From contig NMRA01000657.1 in the NCBI GenBank assembly GCA_002633005.1, forward strand, positions 103,884-167,883: a stretch of 64,000 nucleotides of DNA, given 5' to 3'. Shown one piece after another: positions 62,810-64,000 of this stretch. This DNA is from Phoronis australis (lineage: Eukaryota; Animalia; Phoronida). Made by a program: the position numbers and the translations under genes. The notes beneath the pieces were generated by a model. It ran no database searches and was not told where the DNA came from. It was given only the letters and a program-made list of their open reading frames with translations. Within the stretch, counting starts at the first letter, position 1; every line of letters starts with the position of its first letter.

Positions 62810-64000
62810 TTAATTTCTTTCTGAAAAAGTTAAAATAAGTAGTCTGCTGTTAACAAATGTATGATTTTTTATTCTGAATCTTGATTGGCGTACTGAACCA
62901 AAATTTACCGAACTGAAGACCTGTGTAACGAACAGACCAAACAGAAATATTTTTACTTTCTCATCCCTAGCATTTACGTACGACTTTTCAGTAATCCCCG
63001 TGCAGTCTAGCAACAGGGCACACGACATTTAAAGAGGATTAAACCCTGTGTCATACGTCAAAAATTTGATTAATAATAGTTGCTGGCGGTCTGGTACACG
63101 TTGTACCGGACGTGCACAGGCCTTTCATCTGGGTCAATTACACGGATCACCTGGAACCATTTTTGCGCTTTATTCATATATACTAAAACTGAGCCGAAGA
63201 GCTGGAAAAATGACTCAAGGGTTTAGCAGCGTGGACTCAAAGCCACGGCTGCGAGTATAGAGAGCCGGCATCTATCACACCAGGCCACACGACCTCCTCT
63301 AAAATTTTGAGTTAGGTCACTAATTTTTTCGAAGCAAGCTCATAAAATTTCAGGGTTTGCAACAGAACTTGTTTAGTTTAATAAAAAGTACGAATTTAAT
63401 GACTCTTCAACGCTAGTTTGTAATTTCTTTTAATGGGTCAGAGGCCCACGTGCTAATGCTGTATACCCGTTTTGGTGATATCACTGAACATCACTTTTGT
63501 TGTTTGCTTTTGCACAATTAGTCCATCAGGGAAACGAGCATTATTTAGCAAAGACGTTGCAGCACGTTGTAGCAAAGATGACAATATATTTTTTCAATAG
63601 CTTAATTTATCTTATGGTTGTCCATATCTAAAATATGATTTAGACTCACTTTTACGGACTCTAATTTGCCTAGTTTGTTGACTATAATGCACGGGGAAAC
63701 TAAAAAAACAAAGCCATTTTTTTCTCAGGTTTAGTCTAATTAGGTCTTGATGGCCATTTTTATCCATTCTCGTGTCCATTTGAGTTCATAACCCGCAGCA
63801 GCCCTAAAAACAAATTAGGTACTTCTAGTCGCCAGACTATCTCAGCAGCAAATATTCCTTGGGAACACCGTAACACCCTAACTGGCGGCAAGCTGATCTC
63901 GTGACAGATGATCAAAAAGAAGACCCAGGCCCATGGTTGTCAGAAAAGTACAAAAAGTCCTCTAGTCGTAAGAACTTTTTAGTTTTGCATATAGCTACAG
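62810..64000 (+). repeat. Near-identical copy of 59624-60814 (runs off window)
   Basis: 1191 bp, three substitutions seen, offset 3186 bp, single N at 61653 between the copies. Confidence 0.93.
63086..63300 (-). mobile_element. SINE copy inside the duplicated segment
   Basis: Near-identical to 59900-60114. Confidence 0.75.

Overview
Animal (invertebrate) genomic scaffold with N gaps, not prokaryotic. It holds two head-to-tail, minus-strand, intron-rich paralogues of a secreted astacin (M12A) zinc metalloprotease. I rebuilt the exons by hand from splice sites and phases because most are missing from the ORF track. The architecture is signal peptide, acidic propeptide with two polybasic sites, astacin domain (HEIGHAxGFHHEQTRPDRD, SMMHY), Cys-rich EGF-like module, Gly24-25, ShKT, Gly-rich linker, ShKT, basic linker, and a third ShKT seen only in gene B. 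Gene A (ATG 37612 down to 1163, 10 exons seen) continues off the left edge. Gene B (60974 down to stop 41761, 9 exons seen) has its first two exons off the right edge. Parts of the catalytic exons are almost identical at silent sites while others are strongly diverged, which suggests gene conversion. The introns carry many transposons. These include a P-like element (29-bp TIR, 7-bp TSD) containing a Kolobok-like element that itself contains a MITE and a SINE, and a second, fully delimited Kolobok-like copy with THAP and KolX/P2X7-ballast-like remnants. There are also a Helentron-like element, Tc1 and Penelope relics and MITEs with 5-bp TSDs. Two near-perfect duplications beside single-N joins look like unmerged haplotypes. 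Family assignments rest on motifs recognised by eye; no database searches were run.
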